Assembly: GCA_024653875.1 (NCBI GenBank)
Contig: JANLHE010000484.1
Coordinates: 1-33,031, forward strand
Length of the DNA stretch: 33,031 bases
Reading direction: 5' to 3'
DNA from: Acidobacteriota bacterium
GTDB lineage: Bacteria; Acidobacteriota; Vicinamibacteria; Vicinamibacterales; SCN-69-37
The notes beneath the pieces are model-generated. The model did no database searches and was not told the DNA's origin. It worked only from the letters and a program-made list of their open reading frames with translations. A program made the translations under genes and the position numbers. Below are positions 13,814 to 22,233 of this stretch, piece after piece; positions within the stretch are counted from its first letter, which is position 1; each line of letters starts with the position of its first letter.

Positions 13814-16251
13814 CGCAGTTGCACCGCATCGCGAACCGCCCGAGGCAGGCGCGTCAGGAGGGCGCGCTCGAGGCTGTCCAGCCGATCTTCCACGCCCGAC
13901 AGATCGATACTGCCGCCCTGTAGAAGGGCGTCGTAACGATCGAGCGGCACGAGGGCTTCCGGCCCCGCTTCGCCAAACGTGCCGGACACGGGCCGGGTGG
14001 CGATGCCGCCCTCGGCGTACTGCCCTCCCGCGCTCGGGTCCAGTAACCCGGCCATCGTCGGGCTGCCGTCCTCGTTGTAGTACTCCCCGCCTGAGTACGC
14101 CAACGCCTCGTCGATCGCGGCTTGGTCATCGATCAGGGCTTGCGTCGGATCGCCAGGGGCAATCCCCAGCCAGCCACCCATGTTGTCGAGCAGCCAGGAA
14201 CCGCCAGCCTCAAGTCCCATCGCGATCAGCGGCATGGCCCCCACGATCGTGGCGTCGAGCGCGACCCCAGCCATACCGCCAGCGCCGATCCCTGATCCCG
14301 CGCCGGGCGTGCCCACCGCTCCCGCCCCCGCGCCGGCTTGGACCGGGCCCTGCCATTGGAATCCAGCCGACATGCCCTGCACTTGGCTGTATCCACGCAT
14401 GATGTTCCCGAACGCGCTCGACCAGGCGCCGTTCACGCCAGTCGCCCAGCCGATCAAGGCCCGCACGAACGCGCTCTCGAAGTACCCGAGGAACTGATTC
14501 AGGATGTTCATCGCGGCCGACTTGAACGCATCCCATCCGCGGATCAGGCCATCAATAAGCTGGACCCCCGCCTGCTCCATGCTGGCCATGATTTCGTGGA
14601 ACACCCGGTCGAGCCCAGAGGTCGCCTCGATCGCTTGATCGTGATAGCGCGTCCACGCGTCGACGAGCTGGTCGGTCGTGTATTGGCCGGAATCACGCAT
14701 TTGCTCGAAATCGCGCTTGGCGGCCTCGGCCGCATCGGCGAGCGAGGCCTTCGTCTCGATCCCCATCTGCGCCATGCGCTCCGTGATCGTGTCCGCGGTC
14801 CCGTTCGCGAGATCGCGCTGGAGCTGGTAATGGGCCTCGATGGCCGTCTTGGCGGCGTCGTAGAAGGCCGCATTCTTCTCTGTGCGCACCCCGAGGGAGG
14901 CGATCTCTTGCTGTTCGGCGTCCCGCAACGCGGCGATCTCTTGGTCGTGCCGCGAGAGCCGGTCCGTCGCGATCCGATCCTGGGCGCCTTGGTTCGCCAC
15001 GACGATATCGGCCAACGACTGCGCGCTGGCTTGCGCGACTTCAATCGCTTTGGCGATCTCGGCATCCTGGGAGGCTTTTACGATCTCCGCGAGGCCTTGA
15101 CGGACCTCGCTTTGCGCGGCTTCCATGGACGTGCGCGCCTCGTTGACGCTCATGACCGCGCGCACCTTGCCTTCGCTGACGCCGAGCGCGATCGCCAGAT
15201 CGGCCTCGTCGACGAGGAGTCGTCCGTTGGCGCTATGTGTCTCGATCGCGAGCTGAATCCGATTGAGTTCCACGCCCGAGACGGACACCATCGCATCGCG
15301 CATGCGCTCCAGGGCCTCTTGCCGCTCAGCGTCTTGTGCGACCGCCTTCGCCTGCTGATCAGAGGTCTGGCCGATGGACGCATTGAATCGCGCCTCGATC
15401 GTCGCGGCCTCGCCGATCGCGAGATTAAGATCGCGCGTGCCTTTGAGTCGTCCGGCCGCTTGACCGGCGGCCAAGTCAAGGACGTCGTTATATTGCTTCT
15501 GTGCGGCGCGGCCTTTGTCGACCAGATCGTTCAGCTCCTTCAGGCGCGCGGCCCTGGCGAGTAATTCCGCGCCAATCACCTTCGCGATGCGCCACGTTTC
15601 AGCCATGGCGTCTCCCATCTGATCCATGGACGACACCGCGCTGCGCGACATGATCACGCTGCGGTTGCCAATCTCGCCGAGACCGTCCCGAATCGCCGGC
15701 AGCAGCGTCTGCGCCTTCGCCCCGAATAACTCTTGCGCGATGCGCGCCTGATCCATCGGATCGGGAATTTTGGCAATCGCCCGCGCAATCGCGTTAAAGG
15801 CGTCTTCCGGCTTCATGGCGCGAATTGTCTGGAACGACAGACCAGCTTTGTTTAATGCGCTGATCGTGGAATCGCTCCCGCCCGAGAGCGTGCGATTCAT
15901 GTAGTTGACCGCCAGCGCCACGTCCTGCATCGTGCCGCCGCTCAAGGCCGCTTTCGCGCCCCACTTCTGGACCGCGTCGGTCGAGACCGACAAGCGATCG
16001 CTCAGGTCGGCGATCTCGCTGCCGAAGTTCACGACGGATTTGATGGCTTGACCGAGCGCGGCGGCACTCAGGTATTTCACGAGCACGCTGCCGAACGCGC
16101 TCGTGCTGTCGCCCAGTTTGTCGACTTTCTGCTGCGCCGGTCCGGTCGCGTTGGCGAACTTCCCCAGCTCGGCCTGCGCCTTCTGCAGCGCCGGGGACAG
16201 TTCGTCCCTCGCGCGCAAGGTCGCTTCGATTTCTCCGACGTTGAGCGCCAT
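13810..16251 (-). CDS. Tape measure protein
   Basis: 813 aa, highly helical and Ala/Gln/Glu-rich, with a Gly-rich hydrophobic C-terminal segment. It sits in the canonical position after the chaperone gene. Confidence 0.85.
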   Translation of the reverse strand: MALNVGEIEATLRARDELSPALQKAQAELGKFANATGPAQQKVDKLGDSTSAFGSVLVKYLSAAALGQAIKSVVNFGSEIADLSDRLSVSTDAVQKWGAKAALSGGTMQDVALAVNYMNRTLSGGSDSTISALNKAGLSFQTIRAMKPEDAFNAIARAIAKIPDPMDQARIAQELFGAKAQTLLPAIRDGLGEIGNRSVIMSRSAVSSMDQMGDAMAETWRIAKVIGAELLARAARLKELNDLVDKGRAAQKQYNDVLDLAAGQAAGRLKGTRDLNLAIGEAATIEARFNASIGQTSDQQAKAVAQDAERQEALERMRDAMVSVSGVELNRIQLAIETHSANGRLLVDEADLAIALGVSEGKVRAVMSVNEARTSMEAAQSEVRQGLAEIVKASQDAEIAKAIEVAQASAQSLADIVVANQGAQDRIATDRLSRHDQEIAALRDAEQQEIASLGVRTEKNAAFYDAAKTAIEAHYQLQRDLANGTADTITERMAQMGIETKASLADAAEAAKRDFEQMRDSGQYTTDQLVDAWTRYHDQAIEATSGLDRVFHEIMASMEQAGVQLIDGLIRGWDAFKSAAMNILNQFLGYFESAFVRALIGWATGVNGAWSSAFGNIMRGYSQVQGMSAGFQWQGPVQAGAGAGAVGTPGAGSGIGAGGMAGVALDATIVGAMPLIAMGLEAGGSWLLDNMGGWLGIAPGDPTQALIDDQAAIDEALAYSGGEYYNEDGSPTMAGLLDPSAGGQYAEGGIATRPVSGTFGEAGPEALVPLDRYDALLQGGSIDLSGVEDRLDSLERALLTRLPRAVRDAVQLR

Positions 16252-16258
16252 AGATCAA

Positions 16259-16830
16259 CTACCGCCGCGGCATCCGCGCGAGGCTCCGCGCCTGCGCCTG
16301 CGCGATCTGGTCGCGCTCGATCATCTGGATCGCCGCGGCCAGCACGTCAGACGGCGTGGCGAGGTAGTCCGACCAGGACCAGCGCATATAGCGACACAGC
16401 CTCAAGGCGCCGATGGTGCGGTCGACCCATCGGACCCACTCGGGACTTTTTTTTCGATCAGGCGCTCGAGCACATACGCGTCGATCGCGACTTCAATCGC
16501 GCGGAACTGCGGCGGCTTTAAGTTGCGCAGGGCGGCCACCTTCTTGGCCTCCGTGCCGATGTCAACCACGCGTTTCTGTCGATCCGTGAGATTCCATTCG
16601 TGGAGGTAAAGGGCGACTTTCTTGAACGCCGCTTTGTCCAGGTCCAGCGCGAACCCCACCTCGTTGGTGGGCTGGCCATCGGGCCCGACTTCGCGCGTGC
16701 CTCGCCCGATCGCGGCATGCGCCAGCGCCCGGTCTTCCCCCGCCGTGAGTTCCCGCTTGACCGCGATCCAATACTGATCGCCGCCAAAGGGATACAGCGT
16801 GTCTGTCTCGGTGCCTGCGAAAAACTCCAT
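16259..16830 (-). CDS. Tail assembly chaperone, -1 frameshifted long form (gpGT-like, about 190 aa)
   Basis: Shifting -1 at A_AAA_AAA (16447-16454) gives ...IEKK|SPEWVRWVDRTIGALRLCRYMRWSWSDYLATPSDVLAAAIQMIERDQIAQAQARSLARMPRR*. This stops at the TAG at 16259-16261, 7 nt before the tape-measure ATG. It accounts for the otherwise empty 150-nt gap. Confidence 0.7.
16402..16830 (-). CDS. Tail assembly chaperone (gpG-like, zero-frame product)
   Basis: It lies between the tail-tube and tape-measure genes. GGAG is 4 nt upstream of the ATG. A slippery A8 run sits 14 codons before the stop. Confidence 0.75.
   Translation of the reverse strand: MEFFAGTETDTLYPFGGDQYWIAVKRELTAGEDRALAHAAIGRGTREVGPDGQPTNEVGFALDLDKAAFKKVALYLHEWNLTDRQKRVVDIGTEAKKVAALRNLKPPQFRAIEVAIDAYVLERLIEKKVPSGSDGSTAPSAP
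16447..16454 (-). promoter_or_regulatory. Slippery A8 run (X_XXY_YYZ = A_AAA_AAA), a programmed -1 frameshift site
   Basis: The + strand reads T8 at 16447-16454. On the coding strand this is GAA AAA AAA GTC. Confidence 0.7.
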
Positions 16831-16837
16831 ACGTCTC

Positions 16838-17110
16838 CTACGTGAAAGGGGCCGTGCGTGGCGCCCCTGCGAACTCCATCGCGATCGTCTCCGCCAGGTC
16901 CGGTAAGTTCTCCACGACCCACGTCCAAGAGCGGGCCGCCATTGGCAGGGTCACGCGCTGCGGGCCTTGGGTCCACCAGAACGGGTTGATGTGCCTCGGC
17001 TGCCCCGTAAAGGTCCACCCGGTCAAGGTGCGCGAAAGCCGCCACGGGCCGAGCGTGGCCACGTGGCGGCTGCCGCACACGATCGTGCCGCCCTGCCCGG
17101 TAATCTCCAT
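16838..17110 (-). CDS. Hypothetical 90-aa protein (Trp-rich)
   Basis: An internal ATG at 17110 (MEITGQGGTIVCGS...) lies 11 nt after the upstream stop. The longer track form overlaps the upstream gene with Arg/Gly-rich sequence. Confidence 0.5.
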   Translation of the reverse strand: MEITGQGGTIVCGSRHVATLGPWRLSRTLTGWTFTGQPRHINPFWWTQGPQRVTLPMAARSWTWVVENLPDLAETIAMEFAGAPRTAPFT

Positions 17111-17121
17111 CCCGCGCGAAA

Positions 17122-17529
17122 CTAGCTCGAGGACGCCCGGCTCAGCGTGCCCGCGTTCTCGAATTTCGCGTTCACCGTCAACATCGCGCCCACGGCCGCC
17201 GCCTGCGGCAGATCCAGCACGCTCGCGATCCCCCAATAGCTCGGGTTATTCACCGACGAGCAGGCGTTCTGGTGCCGATACTCGACGCAGCTCGTGGTGC
17301 CCAAGAGGCTCCACAGCGTCGGCTCCGGGCCGCCCGTCGAGTTGTCCCAGAGAAACTGGACATCAAACGACCAGGTCTTGAGCCCGCCCTTGGAAATCCG
17401 GGTCGTCTGGCCCATCGTGGTCGCGTCCTGGCCTTCCGATCCCCGGTTGAACGTGACGCCCGTGACATACGACGAGAGGTCGATGCCGTTGGCCCAGAAA
17501 AACGTATTGGTGGCGACAAGTGACGACAT
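17122..17529 (-). CDS. Tail tube-like protein, short paralog (135 aa)
   Basis: GGAG lies 8 nt upstream of the ATG. The N-terminal 60 aa is paralogous to the upstream 255-aa protein, sharing the core SEGQDATTMG..TR...GGLKT. Confidence 0.6.
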   Translation of the reverse strand: MSSLVATNTFFWANGIDLSSYVTGVTFNRGSEGQDATTMGQTTRISKGGLKTWSFDVQFLWDNSTGGPEPTLWSLLGTTSCVEYRHQNACSSVNNPSYWGIASVLDLPQAAAVGAMLTVNAKFENAGTLSRASSS

Positions 17530-17558
17530 GTGCGGTTCTCCCTACATAGCGGCGCCGC

Positions 17559-18326
17559 TTACGCGATCGCCATCCAAATCAATCCGTTACTGGCCGACCC
17601 CGTGGACGTGCCGGTCGTGGTCGTGATCCGGCTGCGATACCACGGCTGATCCGTCGACAAGGCGCTCGGCGCGATCGGGGTCGCCAGCGTGCCGCCCTTG
17701 GTGGACAGGGCGCTAAACGACACGCGTGTATTCGCCGTGCCAAATCCGCTGGAGGAGGCCGCCTGAATGATCGCGGACACCGACCCCGCTAAACTGGTCG
17801 AGACGGCGGTCACGTGAAAACCGGCGTAGAGCTGTTCGCTGGTCGCCGCGCCGCCCAAATTGAAACTGTCGCCCGTCGCGAGGTCGGTCGAGAGCGCCGT
17901 GGAGAGCCAGTTTTCGAGCGGCACGGCCTTGACGAGCAGCGAGCCATTCATCGCCGCCAGATCAAACGGCACCAGGGCGCCGATGTTGACGCCGATATTC
18001 AGCGAGCCTTGCATGGTCCCCATGCCATAGCCCACCGCCGTCGTGCTGCCCGTCGTGATGCCGTCCAAGAAGGCCGTCACGAGCGTGCCGTCCACGCCCA
18101 CGTTGTCAAACAACACGGGCTCGTTCTGGCTGGACCCCAGATTGAGATAGCCCCGCGCGGCGATCGCGCTGGTTTTCAATCCCCCCACCACGCGGCGCGT
18201 ATCGTGCCCCATCGTGGTCGCGTCTTGGCCTTCCGAGGTGTAGCTCACGTCCAGTCCGGTCAGGTCGCCAGAGATGTCGTACCCGCCGACCAATAGATGG
18301 CTACAGGTTGCGATGACAAAGGACAC
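17559..18326 (-). CDS. Major tail (tube) protein with a Ser/Thr-rich C-terminal extension
   Basis: It lies after the tail terminator. The motif is ...VSYTSEGQDATTMGHDTRRVVGGLKT.... The C-terminus includes TTTTGTSTGSAS. Confidence 0.65.
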   Translation of the reverse strand: MSFVIATCSHLLVGGYDISGDLTGLDVSYTSEGQDATTMGHDTRRVVGGLKTSAIAARGYLNLGSSQNEPVLFDNVGVDGTLVTAFLDGITTGSTTAVGYGMGTMQGSLNIGVNIGALVPFDLAAMNGSLLVKAVPLENWLSTALSTDLATGDSFNLGGAATSEQLYAGFHVTAVSTSLAGSVSAIIQAASSSGFGTANTRVSFSALSTKGGTLATPIAPSALSTDQPWYRSRITTTTGTSTGSASNGLIWMAIA

Positions 18327-18341
18327 GGAATCACATCCTCG

Positions 18342-18776
18342 CTACGTGGTCGTGGACGTGCTGACCGCTTTCACCACGTCGAAATTGCACGACCATTCCG
18401 CCTGGAAATTCGCGTTCAAACCCAAATCGATCGGCGACTGTACCGCGGCCACCCACTGGTACAGCACGCCGTTGATCGTGGTGGCTTGCAACCCGTCGAG
18501 CAGGTTGAAACAGTCCTGAATCTTGGCCCGCGCGGTCGCATACGTCGCGGCCCGCGAAAACACCTGTACCCGCGGGCGCTCGACCTTGGCCTTCGGCGAT
18601 CCGATCCCCGACGGGCTCGCGCCCATCGTGTGCGCGCTGAAGATCCCGCCCGTTTCGCGGATCGCGATGCCTTGCGTCACCGTGGACGGCAGCGTGCCGA
18701 CAAACAGATCCGTTGCCGCCGTCCCGACACCCTGCGTCGAGAGGTAGTCCGCCAGATCGTCTGCGACCATGCCCAT
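18342..18776 (-). CDS. Tail terminator / tail completion protein (SPP1 gp17-like, called by pattern and position)
   Basis: The layout LADYLSTQGVG...LFVGTLP...IAIRETGG...RPRVQVFSRA..YATA...L, together with its position before the tube gene, supports the call. Confidence 0.5.
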   Translation of the reverse strand: MGMVADDLADYLSTQGVGTAATDLFVGTLPSTVTQGIAIRETGGIFSAHTMGASPSGIGSPKAKVERPRVQVFSRAATYATARAKIQDCFNLLDGLQATTINGVLYQWVAAVQSPIDLGLNANFQAEWSCNFDVVKAVSTSTTT

Positions 18777-18779
18777 CGT

Positions 18780-19169
18780 TCACAGCCCCACACTCCGCCG
18801 AATCCGTGCGGCCAAGGACTCGGCCAAATTCTTCGCGCGGCCCAACAGCGGCTGTTCGAGGAACTTCGCCTGCTGGCCTTCGCGATGTCGAAACGTCGTG
18901 TCTTCGTGCTGCCGCAGCGCGTAGGCTTTCGCGGCCCCGCCGTATCCAACGGTCACGAACGTGCCCTGACTGTCGGTCTGCGGCGTGTTCACAAACGCCG
19001 ACCCCTTCAAAATCCCGGTGTCCACCGGCACCACCGATTGCGATTCGGCCCGCAACAGTTCGCCTTCCTGGTAGAGCGCCGCGCCAGCCGCCTCGGGGAA
19101 CTGCGCCACCAGCCGCGCGAGCGCCTCCTGCACGTTCCCTACGCCGGTCAAGTCAAGCGTGATCTGCAC
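18780..19169 (-). CDS. HK97 gp10-family neck / tail-component protein
   Basis: The characteristic VPVDTGILKGS motif is present, and size and position fit. Confidence 0.75.
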   Translation of the reverse strand: MQITLDLTGVGNVQEALARLVAQFPEAAGAALYQEGELLRAESQSVVPVDTGILKGSAFVNTPQTDSQGTFVTVGYGGAAKAYALRQHEDTTFRHREGQQAKFLEQPLLGRAKNLAESLAARIRRSVGL

Positions 19170-19173
19170 AGCC

Positions 19174-19500
19174 TCACGTCATCGCAACAGAATGGTGCCA
19201 GCCGCGCTCGCTCGAGACTTGTCGCACCGCCAAAATCGGCGGTTGCGTTGGGCTAAACCGGCTCGGCAACGTGATCCGGTCACGCGTGGACACCGCCACC
19301 GTCCCGATCAGATAACTCGTCACTTGCGACACGTGCTCTTGTCCGTCGAGCCCCGTGATTCGCTGGATCTTGCCCTGGCAGTGCGCCCGATACGTCACGG
19401 CCGATCCGTAGGTCGCTTCGCCGTAGCGGTTCTGCCCGCTGTAGGGTTCGATCGTGACGAGGTCCTTGGCGAGTCGCGCCCAGATATCTACCGTGGGCAT
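19174..19500 (-). CDS. Head closure / head-tail joining protein (called mainly on position)
   Basis: 108 aa, between the connector-like gene and the gp10-like gene. Confidence 0.5.
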   Translation of the reverse strand: MPTVDIWARLAKDLVTIEPYSGQNRYGEATYGSAVTYRAHCQGKIQRITGLDGQEHVSQVTSYLIGTVAVSTRDRITLPSRFSPTQPPILAVRQVSSERGWHHSVAMT

Positions 19501-19503
19501 CGG

Positions 19504-20196
19504 TCACCAGCCTCGCCGGTAGGGCGCGAGCGCCCGTTCCGCCGGCGTCCGCGGATCGCTCCCCAGTCCCTCGGAGCGATACGTAATCGACAAATCCCCG
19601 ATCGACTGGCTCTGAATGTCTCCGTCTTGCTGGTACAGTTCGGCCGCTTTCAAGAGCACGCCGTACTCCAGATCCTCTGGGAGCGTTCGCCCTGTGGATG
19701 TCGTGCCGTACTCCGTGCTCGAGGTTTCCGGATACACGTACCCGGCCTGATATTCGACCAGCCAGGTCCGCTGCTCGCTCATGGGCGGCACGTACGATCC
19801 CGCGCCCCAGGCGGTCTGGGCGGTCCACGCAAAGCCCGCCGCGCCCCGCTGCAACGTGCCCGCCTCCGCATCGTCGACCCAGACTTCCGTCGAGCTGTAG
19901 CTGGTCGCCTCGCACGTGGTGGTCGAATCGAACACGCGCAAGATCGCCCGAATCGGCGTCCGCCCCAGCAACAGTGTCCGTCCGCCATACGCCGCCAGGC
20001 TCTCGCTGTAGACCTGGCTCAAAATCGGATAGCGGAGATAGCTGTCGGCCCACCGGCTCGCCCGCACGATCGCCATCTGCTGCGCCGCGTCCGTGTCGGC
20101 CGCCGTGCTGGTGGCCCCAAGGATCACGCGCAGATTGGCCGTGGTGGAGAGGGCCCCGTCCGTGCTCGTCGCGCTGGTGCAGACCGTCAGAGACAT
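19504..20196 (-). CDS. gp6-like head-tail connector (DNA-packaging) protein, unusually long at 230 aa
   Basis: The internal ATG at 20196 gives MSLTVC...LRVILGATSTAADTDAAQQMAIVRASRWADSYL, the typical connector N-terminal pattern. The upstream extension in the track is Arg-rich and overlaps the previous gene. Confidence 0.5.
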   Translation of the reverse strand: MSLTVCTSATSTDGALSTTANLRVILGATSTAADTDAAQQMAIVRASRWADSYLRYPILSQVYSESLAAYGGRTLLLGRTPIRAILRVFDSTTTCEATSYSSTEVWVDDAEAGTLQRGAAGFAWTAQTAWGAGSYVPPMSEQRTWLVEYQAGYVYPETSSTEYGTTSTGRTLPEDLEYGVLLKAAELYQQDGDIQSQSIGDLSITYRSEGLGSDPRTPAERALAPYRRGW

Positions 20197-20203
20197 GCAC
20201 AAC

Positions 20204-20752
20204 TCACCCGGTCGTCGTATAGTCGAGCTGCACGACGCCGCCCGTCTTGCCCGAACAGGTCGTCGTGACGAAGTTGACCAGCACCGGAGCCCCAGCGGCA
20301 ATCGACGCACCCGTCGAGGCGAGCGTCACGGTCAGCCGTTCGCCGATCTGTCCAACCGCAGTCGAAGAAGCCGTCCACGTCCCCGCCGAACCGCTGGCAC
20401 AACTCCAGAGTTCGATGCTGTCGGCGCCTGACGTGCTGAACGACCAGTCGGAATACGGCGTCACGGCCAGGTTCTGCAATGTCACTGCGACGCGCGGCTG
20501 CCAGAGCACATACCCCGTGCTGCCGAATCCGGTCTGGCACGAGGCGAGGCTGGGAATGGCCACCGTCACGGACCGCTGCTTCAGGTTCCCGCTGGCGCTC
20601 TCTGAGGTGATGTTCCCAGCGGCCACTTTCGCCGTGGTCACGCTGCACGACTGCAATTCGAGCGCGGCCACCTGGCTCGCGACCTGTCGCACGACGGGCC
20701 CTTGCGTGCCCGTGCTGGTCGTGCCCGCGGCGATCTCCCACCATTCAGACAT
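20204..20752 (-). CDS. Hypothetical beta-rich, Ser/Thr-rich protein (182 aa)
   Basis: The ATG at 20752 (MSEWWEIAAG...) lies one nt after the upstream stop. It contains a fibre-like VTTAKVAAGNITSES segment. Confidence 0.55.
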   Translation of the reverse strand: MSEWWEIAAGTTSTGTQGPVVRQVASQVAALELQSCSVTTAKVAAGNITSESASGNLKQRSVTVAIPSLASCQTGFGSTGYVLWQPRVAVTLQNLAVTPYSDWSFSTSGADSIELWSCASGSAGTWTASSTAVGQIGERLTVTLASTGASIAAGAPVLVNFVTTTCSGKTGGVVQLDYTTTG

Positions 20753-20753
20753 G

Positions 20754-21044
20754 TCAGTCCCCCAGCGCGAGAATGGAGATTTCGGCGCCGCTCGCCGTCG
20801 TAATCCACGCCACATTGCGCGTGACGGGAATCCGGCTGGCGAAACTTTCGCCCGTGCTTACAAAGTGATCGCTGGTCGAGGCGACCGAGGACTGGAACGT
20901 CAGGTATGCCGGCTTCCCGGCGAAGATGCTCACGCGCACGAAGCTGGCGTTAAACCCGAAGTCGTACCCGATCGACGTCAACGCACACGAACAGGCCACG
21001 TAGATCGAGGATTGATTCGCATGCGTGACCACACTGCCGCCCAT
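20754..21044 (-). CDS. Hypothetical beta-rich 96-aa protein
   Basis: Compact ORF with good coding character, tightly packed between its neighbours. Confidence 0.55.
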   Translation of the reverse strand: MGGSVVTHANQSSIYVACSCALTSIGYDFGFNASFVRVSIFAGKPAYLTFQSSVASTSDHFVSTGESFASRIPVTRNVAWITTASGAEISILALGD

Positions 21045-21058
21045 GGCGTCATCCCCTC

Positions 21059-22009
21059 TTAGCCCGCGGACAGCGGCACTTGGCCGCCCTTGCTCCGCAG
21101 ATCAATCACGTTCAAGTGGTGTTCGATTTCCTGCTTGGCGCCGTCCAGGGTTTGCATCTCCGCGATCAGGCGCGCGTGCGCCTCCTGCAACTTCCCCAGG
21201 CGAGCAACAAGGTCGGCGTGCCGCGCTTGGTAGTCGCTCAAGCGCAAGAGGCCGCCGTCCGGTTCCCGCTGCCAGCCGTAGCGCCACCGCTGTTTCAACA
21301 GCGCGGACTGCGGCGGAATCACGATGCGAATCCCGCGGGCATCGGCCTGCCCGAGATAGAACTCGACGCAGGATTTCTGAAAGTCGTATTCCGTGCCCAC
21401 GATCAGGTCAATGCCGAAAATCCCGATCGTGTAGTCCTGGTACAGCGATTTTGTGAGCGCCGCGATGTCCGCCGCGGAGGTGACGGCGTGGCCGTTCGTG
21501 GGATACGTCGCCGGCAATTCGCCAAGCCGGGCGTCCACCGCGCGATCGATCTCGTCAATCGCCATCATGAGCATCGCGCTCACCGTGGAGGTCGAGTAGT
21601 CGATCCCAAACTTCTGGATCATCCGTTCGATCGGGTAGCGCACCGCCGTGGGCAGGCCAGCGGGGATCTCGGTCATGACGACGGGAATCCCGCACTCGGC
21701 GAGCCACCGCGGATGGTCGGTCCCCTCGACGTTGTCCTCGTGCCAGTTGACATGAATGTCGAAGTGGCGATCGGCGCGCGGCAGGTGCCGGTAGAGCTGG
21801 TTCAGCGTCCAAATCGACCACGCCGGATCGTCGACCGGAATGAGCGAGCGCGAGCTGGACGCAAAGCCGCAGATCGCAATCTTCCGGCGCGACAGCGATA
21901 CGCGCCCATCCGCCGCCTCGAGCACGGCCTGATGTTCGGCGCAGGGATGGTCGCGCTGATAGCCGACCGATCCGGGTGCTTGATTGGCAAAGGCGACATT
22001 CGACGACAT
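21059..22009 (-). CDS. Rossmann-like enzyme with a C-terminal coiled coil. Possibly a nucleotide-sugar transferase (CstII/Maf-DUF115-like layout; low confidence).
   Basis: The elements RKIAICGFASSS...WTLN, ...STVSAMLMMAIDEI... and ...TIGIFGIDLIVGTEYDF... resemble the GNGPS / SG..MC.A / GIDFY layout of those transferases. The last 70 aa or so are heptad-like. Confidence 0.35.
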   Translation of the reverse strand: MSSNVAFANQAPGSVGYQRDHPCAEHQAVLEAADGRVSLSRRKIAICGFASSSRSLIPVDDPAWSIWTLNQLYRHLPRADRHFDIHVNWHEDNVEGTDHPRWLAECGIPVVMTEIPAGLPTAVRYPIERMIQKFGIDYSTSTVSAMLMMAIDEIDRAVDARLGELPATYPTNGHAVTSAADIAALTKSLYQDYTIGIFGIDLIVGTEYDFQKSCVEFYLGQADARGIRIVIPPQSALLKQRWRYGWQREPDGGLLRLSDYQARHADLVARLGKLQEAHARLIAEMQTLDGAKQEIEHHLNVIDLRSKGGQVPLSAG

Positions 22010-22014
22010 GAGAC

Positions 22015-22233
22015 TTAGCGGGGCTCCTTGTGGGGACGACCTGATCGCATCCGGCGATCGACGGGCGGGGCCTCAGGGGCCACCGTTGTAGCAATGGCCG
22101 CGTCAGCGACAAGCACCGCGCGGCCCTCAGCGATCAACTGCTCGGCAAGATCGTCTGGGACGGCCACGATCTCGCCCGCATGGAACACGGGGCCGCTGGC
22201 CAACGCCAGGCGGCCCCGCAGGAGTACGCGCAT
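22015..22233 (-). CDS. Hypothetical 72-aa protein
   Basis: The ATG at 22233 (MRVLLRGRLALASGPVFHAGEIVAVPDDLAEQLIAEGRAVLV...) forms a TAATG overlap with the upstream stop. The 271-aa track form is an Arg-rich shadow of the upstream gene. Confidence 0.5.
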   Translation of the reverse strand: MRVLLRGRLALASGPVFHAGEIVAVPDDLAEQLIAEGRAVLVADAAIATTVAPEAPPVDRRMRSGRPHKEPR

